DNA of 58,647 bases from Candidatus Hydrogenedentota bacterium. GTDB lineage: Bacteria; Hydrogenedentota; Hydrogenedentia; Hydrogenedentales; SLHB01. The stretch is taken from assembly GCA_029974275.1 (NCBI GenBank), contig JARKSN010000189.1, positions 1 to 58,647 of the forward strand. The letters are read 5' to 3'. The notes beneath the pieces are model-generated. The model was given only the letters and a program-made list of their open reading frames with translations. It did no database searches and was not told the origin of the DNA. A program made the position numbers and the translations under genes. Positions within the stretch are counted from its first letter, which is position 1. Each line of letters opens with the position of its first letter. This document shows positions 19,527 through 28,422 of the stretch, piece after piece.

Positions 19527-22500
19527 TCACAACCGCAACACTGGCGCATCCACCGCTTCCGCGACGCGGACGACGTCCTCCCGGCAGGTGAAGAGCAGAA
19601 CCTGAGCGGTTTGTCCAATGCGCGCCAGCAGGCCCATGGCCCGCTCGAGACGAGCGTCGTCGTAATTGGAAAAGGGATCGTCGAGCAACATGGGAATGCT
19701 TTCGCCGGAGTCGCTCAAGGCCTGCACAAGCGCGAGGCGCAGCGAGAGGTAAATTTGATCGACGGTTCCTTTGCTCAATCGCCGCTCGGGATGATCGTCG
19801 AGATGGTCCGTCTGGGGAATGCGCACCGTGATTCCGAGGTCGCGATTCAAAAACAGTTCGGCGTAGGCCCCCCCGGTGATTTCACTGAGGTATTGGGCGG
19901 CTTGCGAGGCCAGTTTCGGGGCAATGCGCGCATGGCGGTCTCGTGCGACCTCTTCGATGCGCTCGGCGGCATAAGCGGCGGCGTCCAGTTCGAATTGCAA
20001 TTGTTCCCGGCGCAGCAAGAGTTCGGCTTGCTCTTCCTCGATTTCGTTGATCGATCGCAGTCCGGCCACATGCTCGGTCGCGGCGATTTGGATTGCGTGC
20101 GCTTCTTCCTGCTTCGCGGAAAATCGCCCCAGAAGGCCGTCCAACTCGGTTCGGATGTCGGCGACGGACCGATCCGATGTCTTCTCCTGCGTTCCGCTCT
20201 GCGCCACGGCGCGCCGTAGTTCGTCGATGTCATCGCCGCCGAGGATGAGGCGCGTCTGTTCGGTGAGGCGGCCTCGTTCTTCCCATGCTTCCCTGTATTG
20301 ACGCGCCTGATCGGCCAGGGTCTGCCATGCCTCTAGTGAATCCACGCCCACGGCTTCGAGTTGGCGGCGCAGGGACTCTTCGTGTTTGGCGAGGTCTTTT
20401 TCTTCGGCCGCGCGCTGGCGTTCGAGCCCTGCCAGACGTTCCTGCAACACCTCGAGACGTCCTTGTTTTTGACGGAGTTGCGCCGTGCGAATCCGGTATG
20501 CGCGGAGGGCGCTCAGGGCGCTTGTATGCTTGTGTTCGTCGCGGAAGCCGCGTTCTCGGAGGAGTTTGCGGACTTCCAGCGATTTTTCGACGTCGCGCCG
20601 TTGGTGGACGTCGAGTTCTGCGCGCAAACGTTCGAGGTCGGCCTCGTATTGAGCGGCCAGGTCGCGGTTTTCGGCGAGACGTCGCTTGGCGTCTCGATAC
20701 TCCTGATAGCGCGCGATGGCGCGCGTGGCCATTTCCGCGACATGGTCTTCGTGTTCGAGCGTTTCCCCCAATTCGGCGAAGGCGCGTTGGTGTTGTTCGA
20801 ACAAGCGCACGACGCGCAGATGTTTTTCTTCGGTTCGGCGTTCTTGTTCGCGCAGGGCCGCCGTGAGTTCTTCCAAACGCTCGGCGCCGACCCGGAGACG
20901 ATCGTGCAGGGCCTCAAGTTCGCGCGGGGTTGCGCAGCCGGATCGTTCGAGGAGGGTCTCCATTTCGGCGCGTTTGGCGTGGAATGCGGACTCCAGGGCC
21001 GCGAGTTCTTGCTCGGTTTCGGCGCATTCCGCTTCCGCGCGCGTGCGATCGCGCTTCGCGGAACGGTAGCTGGAGGCGTACCAGAGAACCATGACGAGAC
21101 AGCCCGCGGCGGGCACGTAGATGCCCGTGTTTTGAAAATACATGGCTGCCGCCGTGAACACTGCCATCAGCGCCAATCCCAGCAAGGCCATGTTGCGAAA
21201 CGTCGGCACGTCCGAGGCGTAATCCCGTTTCAGGTTTTGCAGGGCGTCGAGGCGGCTGTGTTGGCGCACAATCTGCTCGTCGCGCACGCGCGTATCCACT
21301 TCAAACGTGCGGGCCAGGCTGGGAAAGTCTTCGACGCCCTCGAAGATGCGGCGCGGTTCGGCGGTTTCTTCGTGAAGCCGTTCCACATGCCGGCGCAACG
21401 TGATCAGGACATTGGTTTCGTCGTCGCGCGCTTGGCGCTCAACCTGGAACGACGTGGCCAATTGTTGCAGCCATTCCATGGGGTTTGCGGCCATCCGGCT
21501 GAAATCGGGCAGGCGCGCCACGTCTTGCTGGGCCGCCTCCATGCGTGTGCGGGCCGCCGCGGCCTGAAACTCCGCGCGTTCGATGTCGTCTTGACATCGC
21601 GCCACGTCGCTCTCGATTGCGCCGAGTTCCTGGTCGACGGCGTCGGGAATGTCCTGAGAGGCCGGTCCGGCCACTTCGCCCAGGCGTTCGCGTTCCACGG
21701 CGAGCTGGTTTTCCGCCTCCGCTTGCTCCGTGCGTGTTCGATCCAACGCGGATTGCGCGGTCACGACCATGTTCTGGGCGCGTTGCACTTCGGGGGCGCG
21801 TTCGAGCGGGAAATCGCGGACGTTGCTCATCGCGAAGCAGCGTTTTTGTATTTCCTGAATGCGCTGATACAGTTCCTCCACTTGACGAAGCCGGTCGGCT
21901 TGCGTGTGCGTCTCGACGGCTCGCAGTTCCTCTTCCACGGCGGCGCGTCGGGTTTTGAGGTCGGCGATTTCGTTCAGGAGAGCGCTTCGCCGGGTCATCA
22001 TGTGGGAGACTTCGGCGATCTTGGCCAACGTGTTTTCTCGTTCCGCGTCGAGTTCTTGGAGGCGGGCGCGTATTTGCGGCAGCGGCTTGGTTCTTGCCTG
22101 GGGACGTCCGATGGCGCCGATATGGGCTTCGAGGCGTTTCAGGGCTTCCTCGGACGATCCCATGTCTTCGCCGGAGTCGGCCAGGGCCAGAATGCGTTCG
22201 CGAATCTGTCCCAGGGCGTCGTCGTTGCCGAGCGCATCGAGATCGAGATGGCCGATGGACGCCGTGCTCAGGAAGACCGTTTTGCTCAGCCCGAGATGGG
22301 CGTCGGCGAACGTGGGTTCGTGGTTGCGCAGCCGCGGATATTCATGGGTGATTTCGCGGGCATGCGTTTTGTCGAAGACATGGACCGATTCGTTGCGTTT
22401 GTCGAAGCTGCGAATGACTTCCACTTCGCGGCCGTCGTCCAAGTGATAGAGGAGTCGGCCGCCGTAGGCATGGGGCGATCGCCAGGGCCGGCGAAGCGTG

Positions 22501-22688
22501 TGGGACTCGTCGTAGAGGCGTTGGGCGGCGCTTCGTTTTTGGCCGTACAGCATGTCGCCGATGAAGTTGCGGACGGTCGTCTTGCCTTGCTCGTTGGGGC
22601 CGACGATGACTTGCAGCCCTGGATTCAGTTGGAGGGTGCATAGCGAAAACCGACCGTATCCTTCGATCCAGAGCGTTCGAACCCTCAT
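19527..22688 (-). CDS. YhaN/SbcE-like SMC-type ATPase with central TM hairpin
   Basis: GYGRF..GPNEQGKTT (Walker A), long coiled coil, LSKGTVDQIYLSLRLAL signature, LLDDPFSNYD (Walker B). Confidence 0.9.
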   Translation of the reverse strand: MRVRTLWIEGYGRFSLCTLQLNPGLQVIVGPNEQGKTTVRNFIGDMLYGQKRSAAQRLYDESHTLRRPWRSPHAYGGRLLYHLDDGREVEVIRSFDKRNESVHVFDKTHAREITHEYPRLRNHEPTFADAHLGLSKTVFLSTASIGHLDLDALGNDDALGQIRERILALADSGEDMGSSEEALKRLEAHIGAIGRPQARTKPLPQIRARLQELDAERENTLAKIAEVSHMMTRRSALLNEIADLKTRRAAVEEELRAVETHTQADRLRQVEELYQRIQEIQKRCFAMSNVRDFPLERAPEVQRAQNMVVTAQSALDRTRTEQAEAENQLAVERERLGEVAGPASQDIPDAVDQELGAIESDVARCQDDIERAEFQAAAARTRMEAAQQDVARLPDFSRMAANPMEWLQQLATSFQVERQARDDETNVLITLRRHVERLHEETAEPRRIFEGVEDFPSLARTFEVDTRVRDEQIVRQHSRLDALQNLKRDYASDVPTFRNMALLGLALMAVFTAAAMYFQNTGIYVPAAGCLVMVLWYASSYRSAKRDRTRAEAECAETEQELAALESAFHAKRAEMETLLERSGCATPRELEALHDRLRVGAERLEELTAALREQERRTEEKHLRVVRLFEQHQRAFAELGETLEHEDHVAEMATRAIARYQEYRDAKRRLAENRDLAAQYEADLERLRAELDVHQRRDVEKSLEVRKLLRERGFRDEHKHTSALSALRAYRIRTAQLRQKQGRLEVLQERLAGLERQRAAEEKDLAKHEESLRRQLEAVGVDSLEAWQTLADQARQYREAWEERGRLTEQTRLILGGDDIDELRRAVAQSGTQEKTSDRSVADIRTELDGLLGRFSAKQEEAHAIQIAATEHVAGLRSINEIEEEQAELLLRREQLQFELDAAAYAAERIEEVARDRHARIAPKLASQAAQYLSEITGGAYAELFLNRDLGITVRIPQTDHLDDHPERRLSKGTVDQIYLSLRLALVQALSDSGESIPMLLDDPFSNYDDARLERAMGLLARIGQTAQVLLFTCREDVVRVAEAVDAPVLRL

Positions 22689-23839
22689 GGCGCATTCTCC
22701 GGCGCGTCCGCGAGGAACAGGTTGCGCCCGCGGTACGCCGCCACGCCGAGTTCGCGCGCGCGCAGGAGCATGGCGCGGCGGGCCGGGTCGGATGTGTCGC
22801 GGATTTCTTCGTTCATCCGTTCGGCGAAAAGCCCCAATACGGTGCGGTCTCGTCCCAGGGCGACGAAATCTTCCTCGGGTTCCGTGCGATCGATCAGATC
22901 AAGATGTTCGAACGCGCTCGATGCCGCGTCGCGGATGGCGTCGATGGATCCGCGCCACGCCGCGGCGGCCGTGCCTGTCAGCGTCACGCGGGCCATGGCT
23001 CCGCGGCCGTCGTTGCGGGGCAATGCGCGCAAGGCTTCGATGAGTTGCTGGCTTGTGGTGAAAGCGGAACAGGAAAGCGTGTGGGCTTGGTAGACGACGC
23101 GGCTCGAGGCCATTGGATCCACCCGCACGATCCCGTCGGAAATGTCCACTTCGAGATAATGGCGCAGGCCCAGATCGTTGAATCCGCGCCCTTCCGGCAT
23201 GCCGGAATACCACATGCTCGTTGTGAAGGGGCCTGTGATGGGGGTTGCGGCGTGAAAATGGCCCAAGGCTAGATACGTCAACCCGGGACAGGCGGCCTCG
23301 ACGGCATGGAACGGGGCGTAGGCCTGTTTGTCGGGGGGTTGATGGCTGCGCTCGGATCCGTGCGCCACGGCGATATGCACGCGGCCATCTTGTTGGGCGC
23401 GCAAGGCGCCGAAAGGATTGGCGGAGATGTCGAGGCCGTCGAACGCGAATCCGTGCACGGTTAGCGGAATGTCTTCCGTCTCGACCGAAGACCACGTGGG
23501 GGTGCGGAAAATGTGCACGTTGGGGGGCCACGTCTCGGTCGCATACGGCGATTCGGGCACGTAGGGGTCGTGGTTGCCTGGCGCAAGGAAGACGGGAATG
23601 GGGGCAAGGTAGGCGAATTCGCGCTGCAAGAAGGCTACGGTGTCGCGGCTGACCCGATCGAGTTCGAACAAATCGCCGGCGATGAGCAGGGCGTCCGCCG
23701 GCCAGATGCGCGCCCGTTCGACGAGGGCGTGAAACACGTCGCGCAGTCCCTGCCGGCGCCGGTTGGCGCAGGCGACGGGCATTCCGCTTGCCGCGAAGGA
23801 AGTGTCCAAATGAATATCGGCCGTATGAATCAAACGCAT
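22685..23839 (-). CDS. YhaO/SbcD/Mre11-family metallophosphoesterase nuclease
   Basis: HTADIHL, AGDLF, PGNHD, AHG, YLALGHFH, YSGMPEG. Overlaps the ATPase gene (ATGA). Confidence 0.93.
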   Translation of the reverse strand: MRLIHTADIHLDTSFAASGMPVACANRRRQGLRDVFHALVERARIWPADALLIAGDLFELDRVSRDTVAFLQREFAYLAPIPVFLAPGNHDPYVPESPYATETWPPNVHIFRTPTWSSVETEDIPLTVHGFAFDGLDISANPFGALRAQQDGRVHIAVAHGSERSHQPPDKQAYAPFHAVEAACPGLTYLALGHFHAATPITGPFTTSMWYSGMPEGRGFNDLGLRHYLEVDISDGIVRVDPMASSRVVYQAHTLSCSAFTTSQQLIEALRALPRNDGRGAMARVTLTGTAAAAWRGSIDAIRDAASSAFEHLDLIDRTEPEEDFVALGRDRTVLGLFAERMNEEIRDTSDPARRAMLLRARELGVAAYRGRNLFLADAPENAP

Positions 23840-23955
23840 GGAGCGCCTATCCGTCGGTGTTGCAACGCCGCATGTTCTGTCGCTTTCCCGCGTATTGTAG
23901 ACAAAATCGGGCCGCAGTCATAGCCCCGTCTTGTCGGGTTCCGGATTGGCGGCGA

Positions 23956-24654
23956 TCACTCCTTTTTCAGAATGAAGAGGTAGTTGAATCCGCGCAGGAA
24001 GTAGTTTCCCTTGACGGCTTCCGCGTGCCAATTCCGCCGTTGGAGCGATTTGTTGCGCCGTACGACGGAGACGATGTCGATGGGGCGAAAGCGTTGTTCC
24101 AGCATGGCGAACAGCCGGAAACCGATTGGACTGAAGGGGCGGCCTTTTTTGAACGAGTCGCATACGTACAGCCCGATATAGCGCCGGGGTTTCAGCACGC
24201 GGAAGGCTTCCGCGATGACCTGTTTCATGGCTTCGTAGTAGGCGGCGTCTTGCGCGTCGAGCTTGCCGATGCACCGGGGATCGTCGCTATAGTCGATGTG
24301 CGTCGAATACGGCGGATCGACAAACAGAAAATCCATGCTGGCGTCGCACAGGGGGAGATCCCGTGCATCCGCGCGCACGATGTCTGCGCGGTGCGGCGCG
24401 ATGTCGAACCCCACGGCCCTGCGGCCAAGATCGCGCGCCACGTCGATCGTTGTTCCGCTGCCGCACATGGGATCGACGACCCAGTCTCGCTCGCGGGTGT
24501 AGCGTTTCAGCAGATTCCAGATGACGTACGACGGGGTCGCGCCGAGATACGCTTGATCGCCTTGCATCCCCGCGCCGTAATGTTGCGAAGGATACTCCCA
24601 GAGCGTCGTGGTCAATATCTCGGGATCGGGTTTCCGTATCATGGAGTCAGCCAT
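23956..24654 (-). CDS. Orphan SAM-dependent amino (N6/N4) nucleic-acid methyltransferase
   Basis: Motif I DPMCGSGTT and motif IV DPPY. Short (~230 aa). Start at 24654 or 24642. Confidence 0.85.
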   Translation of the reverse strand: MADSMIRKPDPEILTTTLWEYPSQHYGAGMQGDQAYLGATPSYVIWNLLKRYTRERDWVVDPMCGSGTTIDVARDLGRRAVGFDIAPHRADIVRADARDLPLCDASMDFLFVDPPYSTHIDYSDDPRCIGKLDAQDAAYYEAMKQVIAEAFRVLKPRRYIGLYVCDSFKKGRPFSPIGFRLFAMLEQRFRPIDIVSVVRRNKSLQRRNWHAEAVKGNYFLRGFNYLFILKKE

Positions 24655-24702
24655 CGGCATCCGCGGCGGAACGAAACGACGCGCCGTCCGGACGCATGCC
24701 AA

Positions 24703-25131
24703 TCAATCCTGTTCTTCGGCTTCCATGGCCGAAATGAGCCACGCGCCGTCGTATTTTTTCAGCGTGAAGTCGAGTTTGGTTTTTCCGAACGCCGCGGCCA
24801 AATAGACCGGGCCGACCGTAGCCGCGTGGTCGCTCAGCATCGTTTTTGATTTCGTCAGGTTGACTTCGGCCTTGTCCAAATAGCCGTCGCTGGCGGCTTT
24901 CGTCAGGAAATCCGCCAGTTGTTTTTTGGTGCGCAAATTCGCATCGGCGTAGTCGTCCGCGTACAGCGTCATGAGCTGCTCGATATCGCGCGCCATGATG
25001 GCCTTGCACCAGGCAGCGATGACGTTCGAGACGCGTTTTTCTTCGGAAACGGGTTTGGGTTCCGATGTCGTGGCGCAGGCGCACACAATCGCCGTAAGGG
25101 CGAGGCCAATCCAGGCATTGCGTAGTTTCAC
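24703..25131 (-). CDS. Lipoprotein, probable NTF2/SnoaL-like fold
   Basis: GTG after AAGGAG, lipobox-like IVCAC, ARDIEQLMTLYADDY..LKKYDGAWLI. Confidence 0.7.
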   Translation of the reverse strand: MKLRNAWIGLALTAIVCACATTSEPKPVSEEKRVSNVIAAWCKAIMARDIEQLMTLYADDYADANLRTKKQLADFLTKAASDGYLDKAEVNLTKSKTMLSDHAATVGPVYLAAAFGKTKLDFTLKKYDGAWLISAMEAEEQD

Positions 25132-25421
25132 CGCGAAGCTCCTTTTTTTGTTTCGTCGTTTTGCCGCAACGGAGAGAGAACCCGTCCGTCCGCGTATGCG
25201 TATCATACGGTCCATGGCGCAGGCGGTCAAGGCGCCAGTCTGGGGCAATTGCATGAAAAAGCCGGGCGCGGATAGAGGAATGAACGCGATGGCAAAACCG
25301 GCGCGGAAAGGGGACGAGAACGCCCGAGCGAATCGAAATCGCAACGTGATGGCCCTGGGTGTCAATCCAGCAGTGCGGCGGGCGGCCAATTCGCATGATC
25401 CGCCGGGCGTTGGGGCTGGAC

Positions 25422-26252
25422 TCAGTCTTTTAGGCCGGTCAATGAAATGCCCTCGATGATGTGACGTTGGAAGAAGAGGAACGCGACGATGACAGGGAGG
25501 GTGCAGAGGATGCATGCGGCGAGGGTGAGGCCGTATTCGTTTCCGTAGGAGGACTGAAACAGGGCGATGCCAACGGGCAGGGTGTATTTGTCGATGCTGT
25601 CGAGGAAAATGAGCGGTTCCATGAAGCCGTTCCATGACCCCATGAAGGTGAAGATGCCGAGGGTCGCAAGGGCGGGCTTGCACAACGGCAAGGCGATGCG
25701 GGCGTAGACGCCGAAACGCGAGCAGCCGTCAATGGCGGCGGCATCTTCGAGGTCGCGCGGGAGGCGCAGAAAGAATTGCCGCAGCAGAAATACGCCGAAT
25801 GCGCCCGCGCCCGCAGGCACAATGAGGGCGAGCGGGGTGTCGAGCCAGCCCAGCGCGTTGAGAATGAGGTACGTGGGCACGAGCATGATCTGGCCGGGCG
25901 CCATCATCGTCGCGATGATCAGCATGAACACGAAGCGTCCGCCCGGCAGGCGCAGCCGCGCCAAGGCGTAGGCCGCGAGCGAGTCGACGGCGAGAACGAG
26001 CGCCGTTGTCGCGGTTGCGAGGAACGCGCTGTTGAAGAGCCAGCGTCCGATGGGAATCTCCTCGGGCGTGCCGAGGACTTCGCGAAAGTTGGCGAGGGTC
26101 CATGTGCGGGGCAGCAGGCTTTGGAAGTGGAGAATCTCGGACTCGGGCTTGAATGCGGTGAACAACATGATCAAGACGGGGGCGATGGCCAGCAACGCTC
26201 CGAGTGCGACGGTGACGTCGATCGCCCAAGCCCATTTTCCGGCCCGCACCAT
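25422..26252 (-). CDS. Carbohydrate ABC transporter permease (MalG-like)
   Basis: NS..AAYALARL, FLLRQFF..LEDAAAIDG (EAA loop), FQRHIIEGI. Confidence 0.93.
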   Translation of the reverse strand: MVRAGKWAWAIDVTVALGALLAIAPVLIMLFTAFKPESEILHFQSLLPRTWTLANFREVLGTPEEIPIGRWLFNSAFLATATTALVLAVDSLAAYALARLRLPGGRFVFMLIIATMMAPGQIMLVPTYLILNALGWLDTPLALIVPAGAGAFGVFLLRQFFLRLPRDLEDAAAIDGCSRFGVYARIALPLCKPALATLGIFTFMGSWNGFMEPLIFLDSIDKYTLPVGIALFQSSYGNEYGLTLAACILCTLPVIVAFLFFQRHIIEGISLTGLKD

Positions 26253-27133
26253 TATTGCAGGTCCTCCCGGAGTATGCGGAATTGTATGATCGCGAACACG
26301 GCTATCACCGCGAAGAGGAGCCAGCTCATTGCGGCTCCGTACCCCATGCGGTAGTTGGTGAAGGCGGTTTCGTAGATGTATTGCACCAAGACCCGCGTCG
26401 AATGTTCGGGGCCGCCGCGCGTGATCATGAAGGTTTGGCCGAAGACCTGAAACGAGCCGATGATGTTCATGATGGATACGAACAGCAGGATCGGGCGGAG
26501 CTGCGGCAGGGTGATGTGGAGGAATCGGCGCATGGGGCCTGCGCCGTCGATGGCGGCGGCTTCGTAATACTGGCGCGGGATTTGGTTGAGCCCGGCGAGC
26601 AGCACGACGATGGGGCCGCCGAGGGTCCACCAGAGGGTCATCAACACAATCGCCCACATGGCCAGCGACGTTTCGCTCAACCAGGGAATTTTGACGCCAA
26701 ACGGCGCGGCCAAAGCATTGAACAACCCAAACTCGCTGTTGAAGAACCAGCGCCAGAGGATGCCGGCGACGCTAATCGAGATGATCGTCGGCAGGAAGTA
26801 TGCCGCGCGGTAAATGGTTTGTCTCACGCGCGGCGTCGCGTGGATGCCAAGCGCAGCAGCCAGCGACAAGGAGATCGTCAGCGGGACGCAGAGGACGACG
26901 AAGCGCGCCGTGGCGTAGAGGGCTTTCCAGAAGCGATCGCTGTGCAGCGCCTCGGCGTAGTTGGCGAGTCCGGCGAAACGCGGAGGCGCGGGGGAGAGCA
27001 TTTCCCATTCGAACAGGCTGATTCCCAGGCCATAAAACAACGGCGCGATCACGAAGGCCGCGAACAAGAGCAGATACGGCGCAAGAAACGCGTAGCCTGT
27101 CCAGGTGCGCGCGTTCATGGGGCGGCGCTCCAT
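26252..27133 (-). CDS. Carbohydrate ABC transporter permease (MalF-like)
   Basis: FLAP..GLANY, YFLP, LAGLNQIP..YEAAAIDGA..ITLPQLRP. Confidence 0.93.
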   Translation of the reverse strand: MERRPMNARTWTGYAFLAPYLLLFAAFVIAPLFYGLGISLFEWEMLSPAPPRFAGLANYAEALHSDRFWKALYATARFVVLCVPLTISLSLAAALGIHATPRVRQTIYRAAYFLPTIISISVAGILWRWFFNSEFGLFNALAAPFGVKIPWLSETSLAMWAIVLMTLWWTLGGPIVVLLAGLNQIPRQYYEAAAIDGAGPMRRFLHITLPQLRPILLFVSIMNIIGSFQVFGQTFMITRGGPEHSTRVLVQYIYETAFTNYRMGYGAAMSWLLFAVIAVFAIIQFRILREDLQ

Positions 27134-28419
27134 GCGGTGTGCCGGGCGATGATTTCATTGACGCGGGCCGTGGCGGCGTCGAGGGCTGCTTGCGGGGAGG
27201 CGGTGCGGCGCAAGGCCTTTTCGACGGCGATGTCGAGTTCGGTTTGGAACTCGAACACGAAGGGCACGCGCGGCATGTAGAAGATGTGCGGCAGGGCTTT
27301 GGCGAATTCGGATTGCGCCGGCATGCTTTGGAAGCGATCCGTTTTCAGCAGGGACGCGCGCGATGGGATTTGGCCGCCGTCGCACCAGTCCAACGCGTGG
27401 TTCGAGAGGTAGGCGATGAATGTCCACGCCGCGCGCGTGGCGGCATCGTCGAGTCCTTCGCGCAGGCACAGGACATGCGATCCGGCCCATGCCGCTGGGA
27501 GCGGGCCGATCTGCGGCATGGGGGCCGCGCCGTAGTCGAGGTCTTGTTGGCGCCGCAGATCGCCGAGCATGTAGATACCTTCAAACGCGATGCCCACGTT
27601 TCCCTGGCGGAAGCCGATCCACGAGTCGTAGGCTTCCGGCGGCGGGGCATAGCGGTGTTTTTGGACGAGGTCGACGCAAAACTGCAGCGCGGCGACATTT
27701 TCAGGCGCGTTCAAGGCGCATGCGGAATAATCGGGCGTGAAGAAGCGTCCGCCCCATTGCTGCATCAGCGTGGCGGCGTTGGTGCGCAGCCAGGTGAACA
27801 CCATGCCCCATGTTTGCGGGTCGCCGTTGGGCTTTTTGGCGGCGGTGAGTTTCGCGAGGGCATCCATGAATTCGTCGCGGGTGCGCGGGGGAGCGGCCTC
27901 GCCGTGGGCGTCCACAATGCCGCATTTCCGGAACAGGGTTTTGTTGTAATACATCCCGAGGGGATGTACGTCGAGCGGCACGCCAAAGTGTCTGCCCTGG
28001 CGTTCCGTGGCGGCCCAGACATTGGGCAGAATGTCGGAGGCGTCAAGACCGTCTTGCCCCGCGCAGAGGTCGTCGATGGGACGGACGAAGCCCGCGCGGG
28101 CGAAGCGTTCGATGTTGTCTGCGTGGAGGATGAAAACTTCCGGCGCGCGTTTTCCCAGGCCCGCCACGAAGAGTTTGTTGTAGTACGTGCCCCAGTCCAT
28201 GCGTTGCATGCGCACCTGGATGCCGGGATGTTCGGCATTGAACTTTTTCACTATTGCGAGCATGGTGCGGCCGTCGGGGCCGGTGAAGCCGTTCCAGAAG
28301 CGGAGGGCGATGGTCTGGGAGTCGCTGTGACGGCATCCCGCGCCGGCGATCGCGAAGATGCCGAGAGCGGCGATCGCGGTCATTCTCGATAGTGTCGATG
28401 ACGCACGCAGCCGCTTCAT
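27115..28419 (-). CDS. Sugar ABC transporter substrate-binding lipoprotein
   Basis: Lipobox AGAGC, FWNGFTGPDG..FNAEHPGI, GMYYNKTLF. Confidence 0.92.
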   Translation of the reverse strand: MKRLRASSTLSRMTAIAALGIFAIAGAGCRHSDSQTIALRFWNGFTGPDGRTMLAIVKKFNAEHPGIQVRMQRMDWGTYYNKLFVAGLGKRAPEVFILHADNIERFARAGFVRPIDDLCAGQDGLDASDILPNVWAATERQGRHFGVPLDVHPLGMYYNKTLFRKCGIVDAHGEAAPPRTRDEFMDALAKLTAAKKPNGDPQTWGMVFTWLRTNAATLMQQWGGRFFTPDYSACALNAPENVAALQFCVDLVQKHRYAPPPEAYDSWIGFRQGNVGIAFEGIYMLGDLRRQQDLDYGAAPMPQIGPLPAAWAGSHVLCLREGLDDAATRAAWTFIAYLSNHALDWCDGGQIPSRASLLKTDRFQSMPAQSEFAKALPHIFYMPRVPFVFEFQTELDIAVEKALRRTASPQAALDAATARVNEIIARHTAWSAAP

Positions 28420-28422
28420 GGT

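Noticed and set aside
23956..24654. Restriction-modification system
   Set aside because: No endonuclease or specificity subunit is recognisable nearby.
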